From Nostoc punctiforme PCC 73102 (GTDB taxonomy: Bacteria; Cyanobacteriota; Cyanobacteriia; Cyanobacteriales; Nostocaceae), in NCBI RefSeq assembly GCF_000020025.1, contig NC_010628.1:5730001-5762000 (forward strand): a DNA stretch of 32,000 bases, in the 5' to 3' direction. This document shows positions 1-8,266 of this stretch, piece after piece. Under the pieces are notes generated by a model that saw nothing but the letters and a program-made list of their open reading frames with translations, searched no databases and had not been told where the DNA came from. Made by a program: the position numbers and the translations under genes. Position 1 is the first letter of the stretch. Each line of letters starts with the position of its first letter.

Positions 1-457
1 ATTACTTAAGTTGCTACGGTAATTTTTGGTATATTCTATAAATGAAAATTTACTAATTTTATTAATCTCAGTTGATTTGATAGCTTAAAAAATATCTCAT
101 AACACTTCAAGAATTTTAAAACCTGGTAACAACTACGTATTTATTTTAATTTAGTATATAAAAAACTTACATATACCCAAAGCAAAAAACGATTGTATAA
201 TAAAATACTTAAATTAAATAAATTTACAAATTACACATAGATTCAGCTTTACTTGTGTCTAACTGCATCTCATAGTTTTATGTGTCTCTGGCTCAAAACA
301 TAGCCGCTATTGCCTTGTGATTTTGGTACCTCACTTTGCAAAGTTAATTTTATTACCTGAAATAGCAATAGATTTACTAATAATCTTTAAGAAAATTATG
401 CATATATCAACTTCAATGAGACAATCTGACCTAATCTTCTCAACCTAAAGGAAGACA

Positions 458-733
458 ATGAACGATCGCACAAAGGCTCTCCAGGCTATCGCGGCTGAAC
501 GTTGGCGCGTATCCCTGATTCTCAGTGGAGCCATGATGTTTATTTACTTTGGCTTTATCTTGCTAATCGCATTCAATAAGCCCCTATTGGGGTCATTAGT
601 AGCTCCTGGCCTAAGCCTGGGAATTTTACTAGGGGCGCTGGTAATTGTCTCAGCATGGGTATTAATTTTTATCTACGTGCGTTGGGCAAATAGCAGTTAC
701 GACGATCAAATCGCCAGGCTGACACGCAAGTAA
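458..733 (+). CDS. DUF485/YjcH-like small inner-membrane protein (partner of ActP)
   Basis: 91-aa ORF with two hydrophobic helices; purine-rich aaaggaag just upstream of the ATG; lies 53 nt upstream of an SSS-family acetate permease, the conserved yjcH-actP arrangement. Confidence 0.8.
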   Translation: MNDRTKALQAIAAERWRVSLILSGAMMFIYFGFILLIAFNKPLLGSLVAPGLSLGILLGALVIVSAWVLIFIYVRWANSSYDDQIARLTRK

Positions 734-786
734 ATTAGCTATTAGCAATTTCTAGTCCAAAATCCAAAATACTAAACCAAAAAAGC

Positions 787-2355
787 ATGAATAGTGTGTG
801 GTTGGATCTGCCATTAGCGGCGGATATTACCAGTCTTGGTAAGTTTAACCCGTTGGCGATCGCTTTCTTCTTTCTCTTTGTTGTAAGTTCTCTAGGCATT
901 ACCTATTGGGCGGCAAAGCTGACCAAAAATACCGCCCACTTCTATACAGCCGGCGGCAAAATCAGTGGTTTCCAAAATGGGCTAGCCCTAGCAGGAGACT
1001 TTATGAGTGCAGCTAGCTTTTTAGGTATTGCTGGACTGGTAGCACTCAACGGCTTTGACGGCTTAATTTATTCTATTGGCTTCCTGGTAGGCTGGCCAAT
1101 TGTGATGTTTTTGATTGCGGAACCACTACGTAACTTAGGCAAATACACCTTTGCCGATGTGGTGGCTTATCGCTTACAGCAAAAACCTGTACGCATCGCA
1201 TCTGCCATTGGAACGTTAGCAGTAATTAGCTTTTACTTAATTGCCCAGATGGTAGGGGCTGGGGAGCTAATTAAGCTACTGTTTGGCTTTGATTATGAGT
1301 TAGCCGTGGTCATCGTCGGTTGTGTAATGATGGCTTATGTGATTTTTGGTGGGATGATTGCCACCACTTGGGTGCAAATTATTAAAGCAGTTCTGTTGCT
1401 CGGCGGAACCATCTTGCTAGCTATTTTGGTATTGGCACGATTTGGTTTTAACCCACTTGCTCTTTTCGCTGCGGCCGCAGATAAATATACAGGTGTATTA
1501 GCTCCAGGTAAACAGGTTTCCGATCCCTTTGATGCCATCTCATTGGGAATGTCATTGATGTTCGGCACTGCCGGATTACCCCACATCCTGATGCGTTTTT
1601 ACACAGTACCGGACGCTAAAGCAGCACGGGTCTCTGTTACTTATGCTACGGCTATTATTGGCGTTTTTTATCTCCTTACCTTCATCCTGGGCTTTGGAGC
1701 GATGGTGCTAGTAGGGCAAGATGCCATCAAGCAAATTGGGACTGGTGGTAACATGGCTGCACCGATGTTGGCAGAATTTCTCGGTGGTGATGCTTTCTTA
1801 GGCTTTATTTCTGCTGTTTCCTTTGCAACGATTTTGGCGGTTGTAGCAGGTTTGACACTTTCAGGAGCGGCTGCACTGTCTCATGATTTGTGGGTGAATG
1901 TGGTGCGTTCTGGTCATGCTGACGAGTCAGAACAACTGAAGGTAGCTCGCGGTGCGACAATGATTTTGGGGTTAGTGGCGATATTTTTAGGTATCTTGTT
2001 TAAAGGGCAAAACGTCGCTTATATGGTGGGTTTAGCATTTGCGATCGCAGCTAGTGCCAACTTTCCAGCGTTACTACTATCAATGCTTTGGCGACGCTTT
2101 ACCACTAGCGGGGCAGTTGCAAGTATGTTAGTCGGTACTTTCTCCTCGTTACTGCTGATTTATTTATCACCTACTATTCAGGTGACAATTCTCAAGCACG
2201 CTTCTGCACCTTTCCCACTGAAAAATCCGGGATTAATTACTATTCCCCTAGCGTTTATTGTGGCGATTGTTGTTTCACTATTGACTACTGAGCAGCAGGC
2301 ACAAGAAAAATTTGCGGAAGTAGAAGATCGCATCCACATAGGCTCTGGGATGTGA
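787..2355 (+). CDS. actP: Cation/acetate symporter ActP (sodium:solute symporter family)
   Basis: 522-aa polytopic membrane protein; sequence reads like ActP/SSS family (FYTAGG..., [14 protein letters not shown] motif) and is paired with the DUF485 gene. Confidence 0.85.
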   Translation: MNSVWLDLPLAADITSLGKFNPLAIAFFFLFVVSSLGITYWAAKLTKNTAHFYTAGGKISGFQNGLALAGDFMSAASFLGIAGLVALNGFDGLIYSIGFLVGWPIVMFLIAEPLRNLGKYTFADVVAYRLQQKPVRIASAIGTLAVISFYLIAQMVGAGELIKLLFGFDYELAVVIVGCVMMAYVIFGGMIATTWVQIIKAVLLLGGTILLAILVLARFGFNPLALFAAAADKYTGVLAPGKQVSDPFDAISLGMSLMFGTAGLPHILMRFYTVPDAKAARVSVTYATAIIGVFYLLTFILGFGAMVLVGQDAIKQIGTGGNMAAPMLAEFLGGDAFLGFISAVSFATILAVVAGLTLSGAAALSHDLWVNVVRSGHADESEQLKVARGATMILGLVAIFLGILFKGQNVAYMVGLAFAIAASANFPALLLSMLWRRFTTSGAVASMLVGTFSSLLLIYLSPTIQVTILKHASAPFPLKNPGLITIPLAFIVAIVVSLLTTEQQAQEKFAEVEDRIHIGSGM

Positions 2356-2391
2356 TTTTGTCGCGTTGCTGATTAGATATATGAATCTTGG

Positions 2392-2422
2392 TGTAGAGAC
2401 GTTGCAATGCAACGTCTCTACA
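2392..2422. repeat. Palindromic small dispersed repeat (tgtagagacg...cgtctctaca), possible actP terminator
   Basis: Two perfect 15-nt arms around one central base, 37 nt after the actP stop, followed by agggtttt. Same GTAGAGACG...CGTCTCTAC family as the core of the MITE at 7428-7559. Confidence 0.6.
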
Positions 2423-2487
2423 AGGGTTTTAAAATCACGCAAAATTATTTTCATACCTGAATTCAGCAACGCCGATTTTGTCATTGG

Positions 2488-2501
2488 GTATTACTCATTA
2501 C
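2488..2501 (+). promoter_or_regulatory. Candidate NtcA box GTA-N8-TAC upstream of urtA
   Basis: gtattactcattac is a perfect GTAN8TAC; a TAN3T-type -10 (tatttt, 2522-2527) follows after 20 nt, slightly short of the usual ~22 nt. urtA is NtcA-dependent in characterised cyanobacteria. Confidence 0.4.
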
Positions 2502-2551
2502 AAATATTAATATTGTAAAGTTATTTTTTTGTAACAAAAATCAGGCGTTTG

Positions 2552-2565
2552 GTATCCAAGATAAC
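2552..2565 (+). promoter_or_regulatory. Alternative NtcA-like box GTA-N8-AAC upstream of urtA
   Basis: gtatccaagataac matches 5 of 6 consensus positions; tatcat (2589-2594) follows after 23 nt as a possible -10. Confidence 0.3.
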
Positions 2566-2668
2566 TTTTTACTAGTAAACTATCGCACTATCATCACACT
2601 TTAAAGTTTGATATTGTCAGCTTTCTATTAAGTTAGTTGATTCATCAAGAGGAAAATTCATAAAGATT

Positions 2669-3982
2669 ATGAGAAGACAATTTAACAGACGTAAGTTTTT
2701 GATCTACGGTTCTCTAACTTTCGGAAGCAGCTTTTTTATCAAAGCTTGTGCGAATAATTCCCCAACCACTACAGAGACAGTTGCACCTCCTACTGCAACT
2801 CCAGCTGCTGCTACTGCTGGTAACACCATCAAAGTAGGTATTTTGCACTCTCTGAGTGGTACGATGTCTATCAGTGAAAAAAGCGTTGTTGATGCTGAAA
2901 AATTAGCAATCAAAGAAATTAATGCTGCTGGTGGTGTCTTAGGTAAACAAATTGAAGCAATTACTGAAGATGGTGCTTCTAACTGGGATACTTTTAGAGA
3001 AAAGGCAACTAAGCTAATCGATCAAGATAAAGTTGCTGTAGTTTTTGGTTGTTGGACTTCTGCTAGCCGTAAGAATGTCAAGCCGGTATTCGAAAGCAAA
3101 AATCACATGCTCTGGTATCCTGTACAGTATGAAGGGCAAGAGTGTTCTAAAAATATTTTCTATACTGGTGCAGCACCAAATCAACAAATTGAACCATCTG
3201 TTGATTGGCTGTTAAAAAATAAGGGCAAAGAATTCTTCTTAGTTGGCTCTGATTACGTTTTTCCCCGCACTGCTAACACAATTATTAAAGCGCAATTAGA
3301 AGCTTTAGGCGGAAAAACAGTTGGTGAAGATTATTTACCTCTTGGCAATACAGAAGTTACGCCTATCATTACGAAAATCAAACAAAATTTGCCCAATGGT
3401 GGCGTGATTTATAACACCCTGAATGGTGATAGTAATGTCGCTTTCTTTAAACAATTAAAAGGGGCTGGATTGACACCAGATAAATATCCCTCTATGTCTG
3501 TCAGTATTGCTGAAGAAGAAGTCAAAGCAATTGGTGTAGAGTATCTCAAAGGTCACTATGCAGCTTGGAACTATTTCCAAACAGTAGACACACCTGCTAA
3601 CAAAAAGTTTGTTGCCGCTTTCAAGAAAGAGTATGGTGAAGATCGCGTGACTAACGATCCAATGGAAGCATCATATATTGCAGTTTATTTGTGGAAGCAA
3701 GCAGTAGAAAAAGCTGAGACTACTGATTTAGAGAAAGTGCGGACTGCGGCTTATGGGCAAACTCTAGATGCGCCTGAAGGTAAAGTGACAATGGATGCCA
3801 ATCATCACATCTCTAAAATTGTGCGGATTGGTCAAGTTAGACAAGATGGTTTGTTTGATATTGTCTATGCTACTCCTGCACCAGTTGAGCCAGTTCCTTG
3901 GAATCAATTTGTAAAAGAGACTAAAGGGTTTGCTTGTGATTGGACTGACCCAGCGAAGGGTGGTAAGTACAAGAAAGTTTAA
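2669..3982 (+). CDS. urtA: Urea ABC transporter substrate-binding protein UrtA
   Basis: 437 aa with signal/lipoprotein-like N-terminus (FFIKAC) and a Leu/Ile/Val-binding-type periplasmic fold sequence typical of UrtA; followed by urtB, urtC and urtD. Confidence 0.9.
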   Translation: MRRQFNRRKFLIYGSLTFGSSFFIKACANNSPTTTETVAPPTATPAAATAGNTIKVGILHSLSGTMSISEKSVVDAEKLAIKEINAAGGVLGKQIEAITEDGASNWDTFREKATKLIDQDKVAVVFGCWTSASRKNVKPVFESKNHMLWYPVQYEGQECSKNIFYTGAAPNQQIEPSVDWLLKNKGKEFFLVGSDYVFPRTANTIIKAQLEALGGKTVGEDYLPLGNTEVTPIITKIKQNLPNGGVIYNTLNGDSNVAFFKQLKGAGLTPDKYPSMSVSIAEEEVKAIGVEYLKGHYAAWNYFQTVDTPANKKFVAAFKKEYGEDRVTNDPMEASYIAVYLWKQAVEKAETTDLEKVRTAAYGQTLDAPEGKVTMDANHHISKIVRIGQVRQDGLFDIVYATPAPVEPVPWNQFVKETKGFACDWTDPAKGGKYKKV

Positions 3983-3986
3983 ATAA

Positions 3987-4028
3987 TTAGTAATTAGTAA
4001 TTAGTAAAAATTTACTAATTACTAATTA
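3987..4028. repeat. Heptamer array (ttagtaa x3) forming a perfect 38-bp AT-rich palindrome just after the urtA stop
   Basis: taattagtaattagtaaa (3991-4008) is the exact reverse complement of tttactaattactaatta (4011-4028). Confidence 0.85.
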
Positions 4029-4043
4029 ATCAATCTTAATTTT

Positions 4044-4240
4044 GTAGGGTGCGTTATAGCGAAGTGCAACGCACCATTTAGAGGATGTTTTCAAAGTGGT
4101 TGGCTGTGATTTTAATAGAATGATTACCCCCCTTAATTCCCCCCCCCCTTCGACAAGCTCAGAGCATCGCTTGTAAAGGGGGGAAACCGGAAAATAATCT
4201 AGTTCCCTCCCCTTTATAAGGGGAGGGTTAGGGTGGGGTA
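4044..4240. repeat. Cluster of small dispersed hairpin repeats in the urtA-urtB spacer
   Basis: Hairpins ggtgcgtt/aacgcacc (4048-4075) and ccctcccc/ggggaggg (4205-4227), plus C-run/G-run segments. The 77-aa minus ORF here (4026..4259) is just these repeats translated. Confidence 0.75.
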
Positions 4241-4373
4241 AAAATATTTTATACATCAATCATAACTTTTAAAACATCCTCTTATATCGGTACGTTACGG
4301 TAAAAATATTTATTGTCGCTATGTTTAGTCACTTGCGCTGTAACACACCCTAAACATAATTACAAATTAGTAT

Positions 4374-5546
4374 GTGAGGAAAAAAGTGTTAGCAGGATTT
4401 TTAGAAGCTGTATTCAATGGAATTAGTATTGGTGCTGTATTATTAATTGCTGCATTAGGATTAGCAATTATTTTTGGATTGATGGGTGTCATCAATATGG
4501 CACATGGCGAGTTGATGATGTTTGGGGCTTATACAACATTTGTTGTGCAAAATGTCTGTAAGCAATTAGGTGGAGTGTGGTTTGAAGTCTATATATTTTT
4601 GGCTTTGATTATCGCTTTTATTTTCACGGCTGCTGTGGGATTAATTCTAGAAAAAGGTGTGATTCGTTATCTCTATGGAAGACCATTAGAAACTCTGTTG
4701 GCAACTTGGGGAGTAAGTTTGATTTTTCAACAGTTTGTTCGCAGTGTGAATTGGGTATTGATAATTAGTATTGCGATATTTTCTTTGTTATTTTTTGGAG
4801 GTTTATGGATTTTAAATTCCCGCACTGATTTGGGAAGAGTTCGTAACTGGATTGTAGCGGTAATATTTTTACTATCGCTGGGAGTGACAATCACAACAGG
4901 CAATTTATTGAGCCAAACTTATCAGCTAGCAGTGACTCAACCTTGGTTTGGCGCTCAAAATGTGGATGTAACAGCGCCTACTTGGTTACAAGCGGGGATA
5001 TCTTTGGGTGGTGTGCAATTTCCCTTTGCTAGGTTATTTATTATTGCTTTAACAATAATCTGTGTGTCGGGAATTTATTTATTTTTACAGCGTTCTAGCT
5101 GGGGTTTAAGAATTCGGGCTGTGACGCAAAACCGAAGTATGAGTGCTTGTTTGGGTATCCCAACTCAAAAGGTGGATGCAATTACTTTTGCACTGGGTTC
5201 TGGTTTAGCTGGTGTGGCTGGATGTGCGATTAGTTTACTCGGTTCTGTAGGGCCAAATACGGGACAAAACTATATTATTGATACTTTTATGGTGGTTGTG
5301 GTTGGGGGTGTGGGGAATTTAGCCGGGACGATTGTGGCGGCTTTGGGTATTGGGACGGCTAATTTTTTAATTGGTTCTGGGACTCTGGCTTTGTTGTTTA
5401 CTCCTGTAAAGCCTTTGGCTGATTTGTTTACTTTTTTTGCCACGACGAGTATGGCTAAGGTGATGGTGTTTGCGCTGATTATTGTGTTTTTACAGTGGAA
5501 GCCTGGGGGGATTTTTCCGCAGAAGGGACGTACTGTTGATGTTTAA
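4374..5546 (+). CDS. urtB: Urea ABC transporter permease UrtB
   Basis: 390-aa LivH-type permease (GVINMAHGELMMFGAYT motif). GTG start at 4374 as given in the ORF track. Confidence 0.88.
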   Translation: MRKKVLAGFLEAVFNGISIGAVLLIAALGLAIIFGLMGVINMAHGELMMFGAYTTFVVQNVCKQLGGVWFEVYIFLALIIAFIFTAAVGLILEKGVIRYLYGRPLETLLATWGVSLIFQQFVRSVNWVLIISIAIFSLLFFGGLWILNSRTDLGRVRNWIVAVIFLLSLGVTITTGNLLSQTYQLAVTQPWFGAQNVDVTAPTWLQAGISLGGVQFPFARLFIIALTIICVSGIYLFLQRSSWGLRIRAVTQNRSMSACLGIPTQKVDAITFALGSGLAGVAGCAISLLGSVGPNTGQNYIIDTFMVVVVGGVGNLAGTIVAALGIGTANFLIGSGTLALLFTPVKPLADLFTFFATTSMAKVMVFALIIVFLQWKPGGIFPQKGRTVDV

Positions 5547-5547
5547 A

Positions 5548-5577
5548 CGAACCGCAGAGACGCAGAGGACGCAGAGA
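5548..5577. repeat. CGCAGAG-type small repeat filling the urtB-urtC gap
   Basis: cgaaccgcagagacgcagaggacgcagagaa holds three CGCAGAG units. Related copies occur at 26044-26062 and 31741-31770. Confidence 0.7.
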
Positions 5578-6696
5578 ATGAGGAAGAAGGGAGGAGGGTT
5601 ATTAATTGAGGTGGGGGTGGTGGTTGCGATCGCACTCTTCCTTATAATTGTTATGCCACTGGTGCTTTCGGAGTTTCGCTTGAATTTGTTGGGGCGATTT
5701 TTGTCACTGGCGATTGTGGCTTTGGGTATCGATTTGATTTGGGGGTATACTGGTTTATTGAGTTTGGGACATGGTATCTTCTTTGGTTTGGGTGGATATG
5801 CGATCGCAATGTACCTAAAACTGCAAGTCCCTACTGGTGAATTGCCTGATTTTATGGGACTTTATGGAGTTACGGAACTTCCCGCTTTTTGGAAACCTTT
5901 TTATTCTTTTCCTTTGACAATAGCTTTGGTGGTAATAATTCCAGGGTTATTGGCGGGATTGTTGGGATATTTAGTTTTCCGAAATCGCCTCAAGGGAGTT
6001 TATTTTTCTATTTTGACTCAAGCGGGAACTATTGTATTTTTCAACTTCTTTAACGGTCAACAACAATTCTTCAACGGTACGAACGGGCTGATAGATTTTA
6101 CAACTTTGTTTGGGGCAACGGTCAGTGATGCCAAAACGCAGTTTGTTTTCTACACCCTAACGGTAGTGTTTCTTGCAGCAACTTACGGGATTTGTCGCTG
6201 GTTGACAACTGGACGCTTTGGCAGATTATTGATAGCGATTCGTGATGATGAAAGTCGGGTAAGATTTTCTGGCTACGACCCTACAGATTTTAAGGTGTTG
6301 GTGTTTGCAGTTTCAGGTGCGATCGCAGGTATAGCAGGAGCATTCTACACCATTCAAAGTGGTTCAGTCTCACCTAGAGCAATGGATATTGCCTTTTCGA
6401 TTGAAATGGTGATTTGGGTAGCGGTAGGCGGACGCGCTACTTTAATTGGCGCGATTGTCGGAACTTTGTTAGTCAATTATGCCCGCACTTTTTTAAGTGA
6501 ACAATTTGCTGAAATCTGGCTATTTTTCCAAGGCGCATTATTTTTGATAGTCGTCACAGTGCTTCCTGACGGTATCGTGGGATGGTTGCGTAGCCAGAAT
6601 ATTTCTCTTTTCAACCGCCGTCAAGAAATTTCTACATATCCCACCTTGGAAGAAGACCCTGAAGTGCAACATGAACGCGAAAATATTGGAAACTGA
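5578..6696 (+). CDS. urtC: Urea ABC transporter permease UrtC
   Basis: LivM-type permease (LIWGYTGLLSLGHGIFFGLGGYA). The track ORF starts at 5482 but overlaps urtB; the ATG at 5578 has gagga 8 nt upstream (alternative ATG at 5539). Confidence 0.85.
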   Translation: MRKKGGGLLIEVGVVVAIALFLIIVMPLVLSEFRLNLLGRFLSLAIVALGIDLIWGYTGLLSLGHGIFFGLGGYAIAMYLKLQVPTGELPDFMGLYGVTELPAFWKPFYSFPLTIALVVIIPGLLAGLLGYLVFRNRLKGVYFSILTQAGTIVFFNFFNGQQQFFNGTNGLIDFTTLFGATVSDAKTQFVFYTLTVVFLAATYGICRWLTTGRFGRLLIAIRDDESRVRFSGYDPTDFKVLVFAVSGAIAGIAGAFYTIQSGSVSPRAMDIAFSIEMVIWVAVGGRATLIGAIVGTLLVNYARTFLSEQFAEIWLFFQGALFLIVVTVLPDGIVGWLRSQNISLFNRRQEISTYPTLEEDPEVQHERENIGN

Positions 6697-7417
6697 AAAC
6701 GTAACTGTTAGTTTTGATGGTTTTAAGGCTTTAAACCAGCTTAACTTTAGTATGGATGTGGGTGAATTACGAGTAGTAATTGGCCCCAATGGTGCGGGAA
6801 AGACAACGTTTCTGGATGTAATTACGGGGAAAGTGCAACCAACTGTTGGGCGAGTTTTATTCAAAGGAAGAAATCTGCGTTCTTTACCTGAATATAAAAT
6901 TGCCCGATTGGGAATTGGGCGCAAGTTCCAAACACCTCGAATTTACTTAAATTTAACGCCACGCGAAAATTTAGAAATTACTATCAACAAGAAGAAAAAT
7001 GTCTTTTCTACTTTGTTTGAACATTCTAATACTGTTGAAAAGAATAATGTTAAAGGATTATTAGAAACCATCGGTTTAACTGCGAAAGCAGATATTAGAG
7101 CAGCTTTACTTTCTCACGGAGAAAAGCAACGTTTAGAAATTGGGATGTTAGTAGCACAGTCACCTGATTTATTACTCGTTGATGAACCTGTTGCGGGTTT
7201 AACCGATGAAGAAACCTATAACATCGGCGAATTACTTTTAGCATTAGCACAAAGTCATTCAATTTTAGTAATTGAACATGATATGGAATTTGTGCGTCAA
7301 ATTGCTAAGAAAGTAACAGTGTTACATGAAGGTTCTGTGCTGTGTGAAGGTAATTTTGAGGAAGTGCAGAATGACTCTCGTGTGATTGAGGTTTATTTAG
7401 GAAAACAGGAAGAATGA
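6671..7417 (+). CDS. urtD: Urea ABC transporter ATP-binding protein UrtD
   Basis: 248 aa with Walker A GPNGAGKTT, signature-like LSHGEKQRLEIG and Walker B LLLVDEP; overlaps urtC by 26 nt. Confidence 0.9.
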   Translation: MNAKILETENVTVSFDGFKALNQLNFSMDVGELRVVIGPNGAGKTTFLDVITGKVQPTVGRVLFKGRNLRSLPEYKIARLGIGRKFQTPRIYLNLTPRENLEITINKKKNVFSTLFEHSNTVEKNNVKGLLETIGLTAKADIRAALLSHGEKQRLEIGMLVAQSPDLLLVDEPVAGLTDEETYNIGELLLALAQSHSILVIEHDMEFVRQIAKKVTVLHEGSVLCEGNFEEVQNDSRVIEVYLGKQEE

Positions 7418-7569
7418 AAAACGCGATCAATACTATTCGGTTAAAGCAAGAGACGCGATGAATCGCCGTCTCTACAAAAGATTAATTATTGTAGAGATGG
7501 CGATTTATCGCGTCTTTGTGATTTATATACCATCAAAAAACCTTAACCGAACGGTATTGAAAACGCGAT
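7418..7569. mobile_element. MITE-like element (132 bp, 7428-7559) with 10-bp direct flanking repeat
   Basis: aaaacgcgat occurs at 7418-7427 and 7560-7569. Terminal inverted repeats caatactattcggttaa / ttaaccgaacggtattg match at 15 of 17. An internal inverted pair (7449-7477 vs 7489-7517) matches at 26 of 29. Confidence 0.7.
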
Positions 7570-7598
7570 AACTTCATTAAGCTGCGCGATTGCATTTT

Positions 7599-7856
7599 TT
7601 ATTTCCCTAGTAATTCTGGTCGATTTGCGCTGTTAAACACCTGCTCTACTGTTAGCGCTCAATCAGCAATTACTACTGATTCCATGCAAGTTGCACCTGT
7701 AAATACCTTATCTTCATACTGTCCCTCCACCCACTGACAAATAGTAATTTGTTGTATCTGTGGGTCAACAATCCAATACTCTAATATTTCCCTAGCAGCA
7801 TACTCTGTCCGCTTGTAGCGATAATCACGAATGCTGTTTGCTTTGCCTTCTATACC
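7599..7856 (-). pseudogene. Uma2-family (DUF820) endonuclease remnant, C-terminal part only, with internal TGA
   Basis: My minus-strand translation: EGKANSIRDYRYKRTEYAAREILEYWIVDPQIQQITICQWVEGQYEDKVFTGATCMESVVIAD*ALTVEQVFNSANRPELLGK*. The EYWIVDP motif is typical of Uma2; the N-terminal half is absent and there is an in-frame stop at 7659-7661. Confidence 0.65.
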
Positions 7857-7944
7857 CTACACAGACTACCACTGGAAATATTATAAGGTTATCTGTCCTC
7901 GCCTAAGTGTTGAATAATTCCATATTATACAAAAGTGTGAAAAC

Positions 7945-8072
7945 TGTAGACGTAGGTTGGGTGGAGCGGAGCGCAACCCAACATATATCAAGATGTTGGG
8001 TTACGCAAAGCCTCCAACGCGACTTGCTACAACGCGGGGAGCCCGCGCAACGCAGTGGCTCCCCAACCTACA
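7945..8072. repeat. Composite block of small dispersed repeats
   Basis: Bounded by gtaggttgg (7952-7960) / ccaacctac (8063-8071); contains gttgggt/acccaac hairpins. A 34-nt unit (8024-8057) recurs inverted inside the Uma2 CDS at 11328-11361. Confidence 0.75.
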
Positions 8073-8266
8073 ATTTTTTTGCTTAAAGGTAGGAAAGATG
8101 GGAAAAGTAGGATGTTTTTTACCAGCTATTAAATACTTTACTGATGTGTTGTAACTTGATACTAGGTTGCTAAGAAGTTCTTCAATTACTTGACGACTAA
8201 GTATTTAAAAAACATCCTCTCAGCCTTTTCTGACTACCTAAAATTAAAGTCCAAAAACAATTAACT

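Noticed and set aside
1-457. Long AT-rich ORF-free leader upstream of the DUF485-actP pair as a possible ncRNA or riboswitch
   Set aside because: I could not find conserved-looking structure, a terminator or a recognisable motif. Only a weak GTAN8TGC (326-339) is present. There is not enough evidence to report a feature.
4026-4259. 77-aa minus-strand ORF (…PHPNPPLIKGREL…)
   Set aside because: It lies entirely within small dispersed hairpin repeats in the urtA-urtB spacer. It reads as translated repeats with no start context.
5482-5577. Long N-terminal extension of urtC from the ORF track
   Set aside because: It overlaps the urtB 3' end by 65 nt and then runs through a repeat. UrtC-like sequence begins only after the ATG at 5578, which has an SD-like gagga.
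7957-8154. 65-aa plus-strand ORF (MGGAERNPTYIKMLGYAKPP...)
   Set aside because: It runs through the composite repeat block 7945-8072 and uses a non-ATG start. It is a repeat artefact.
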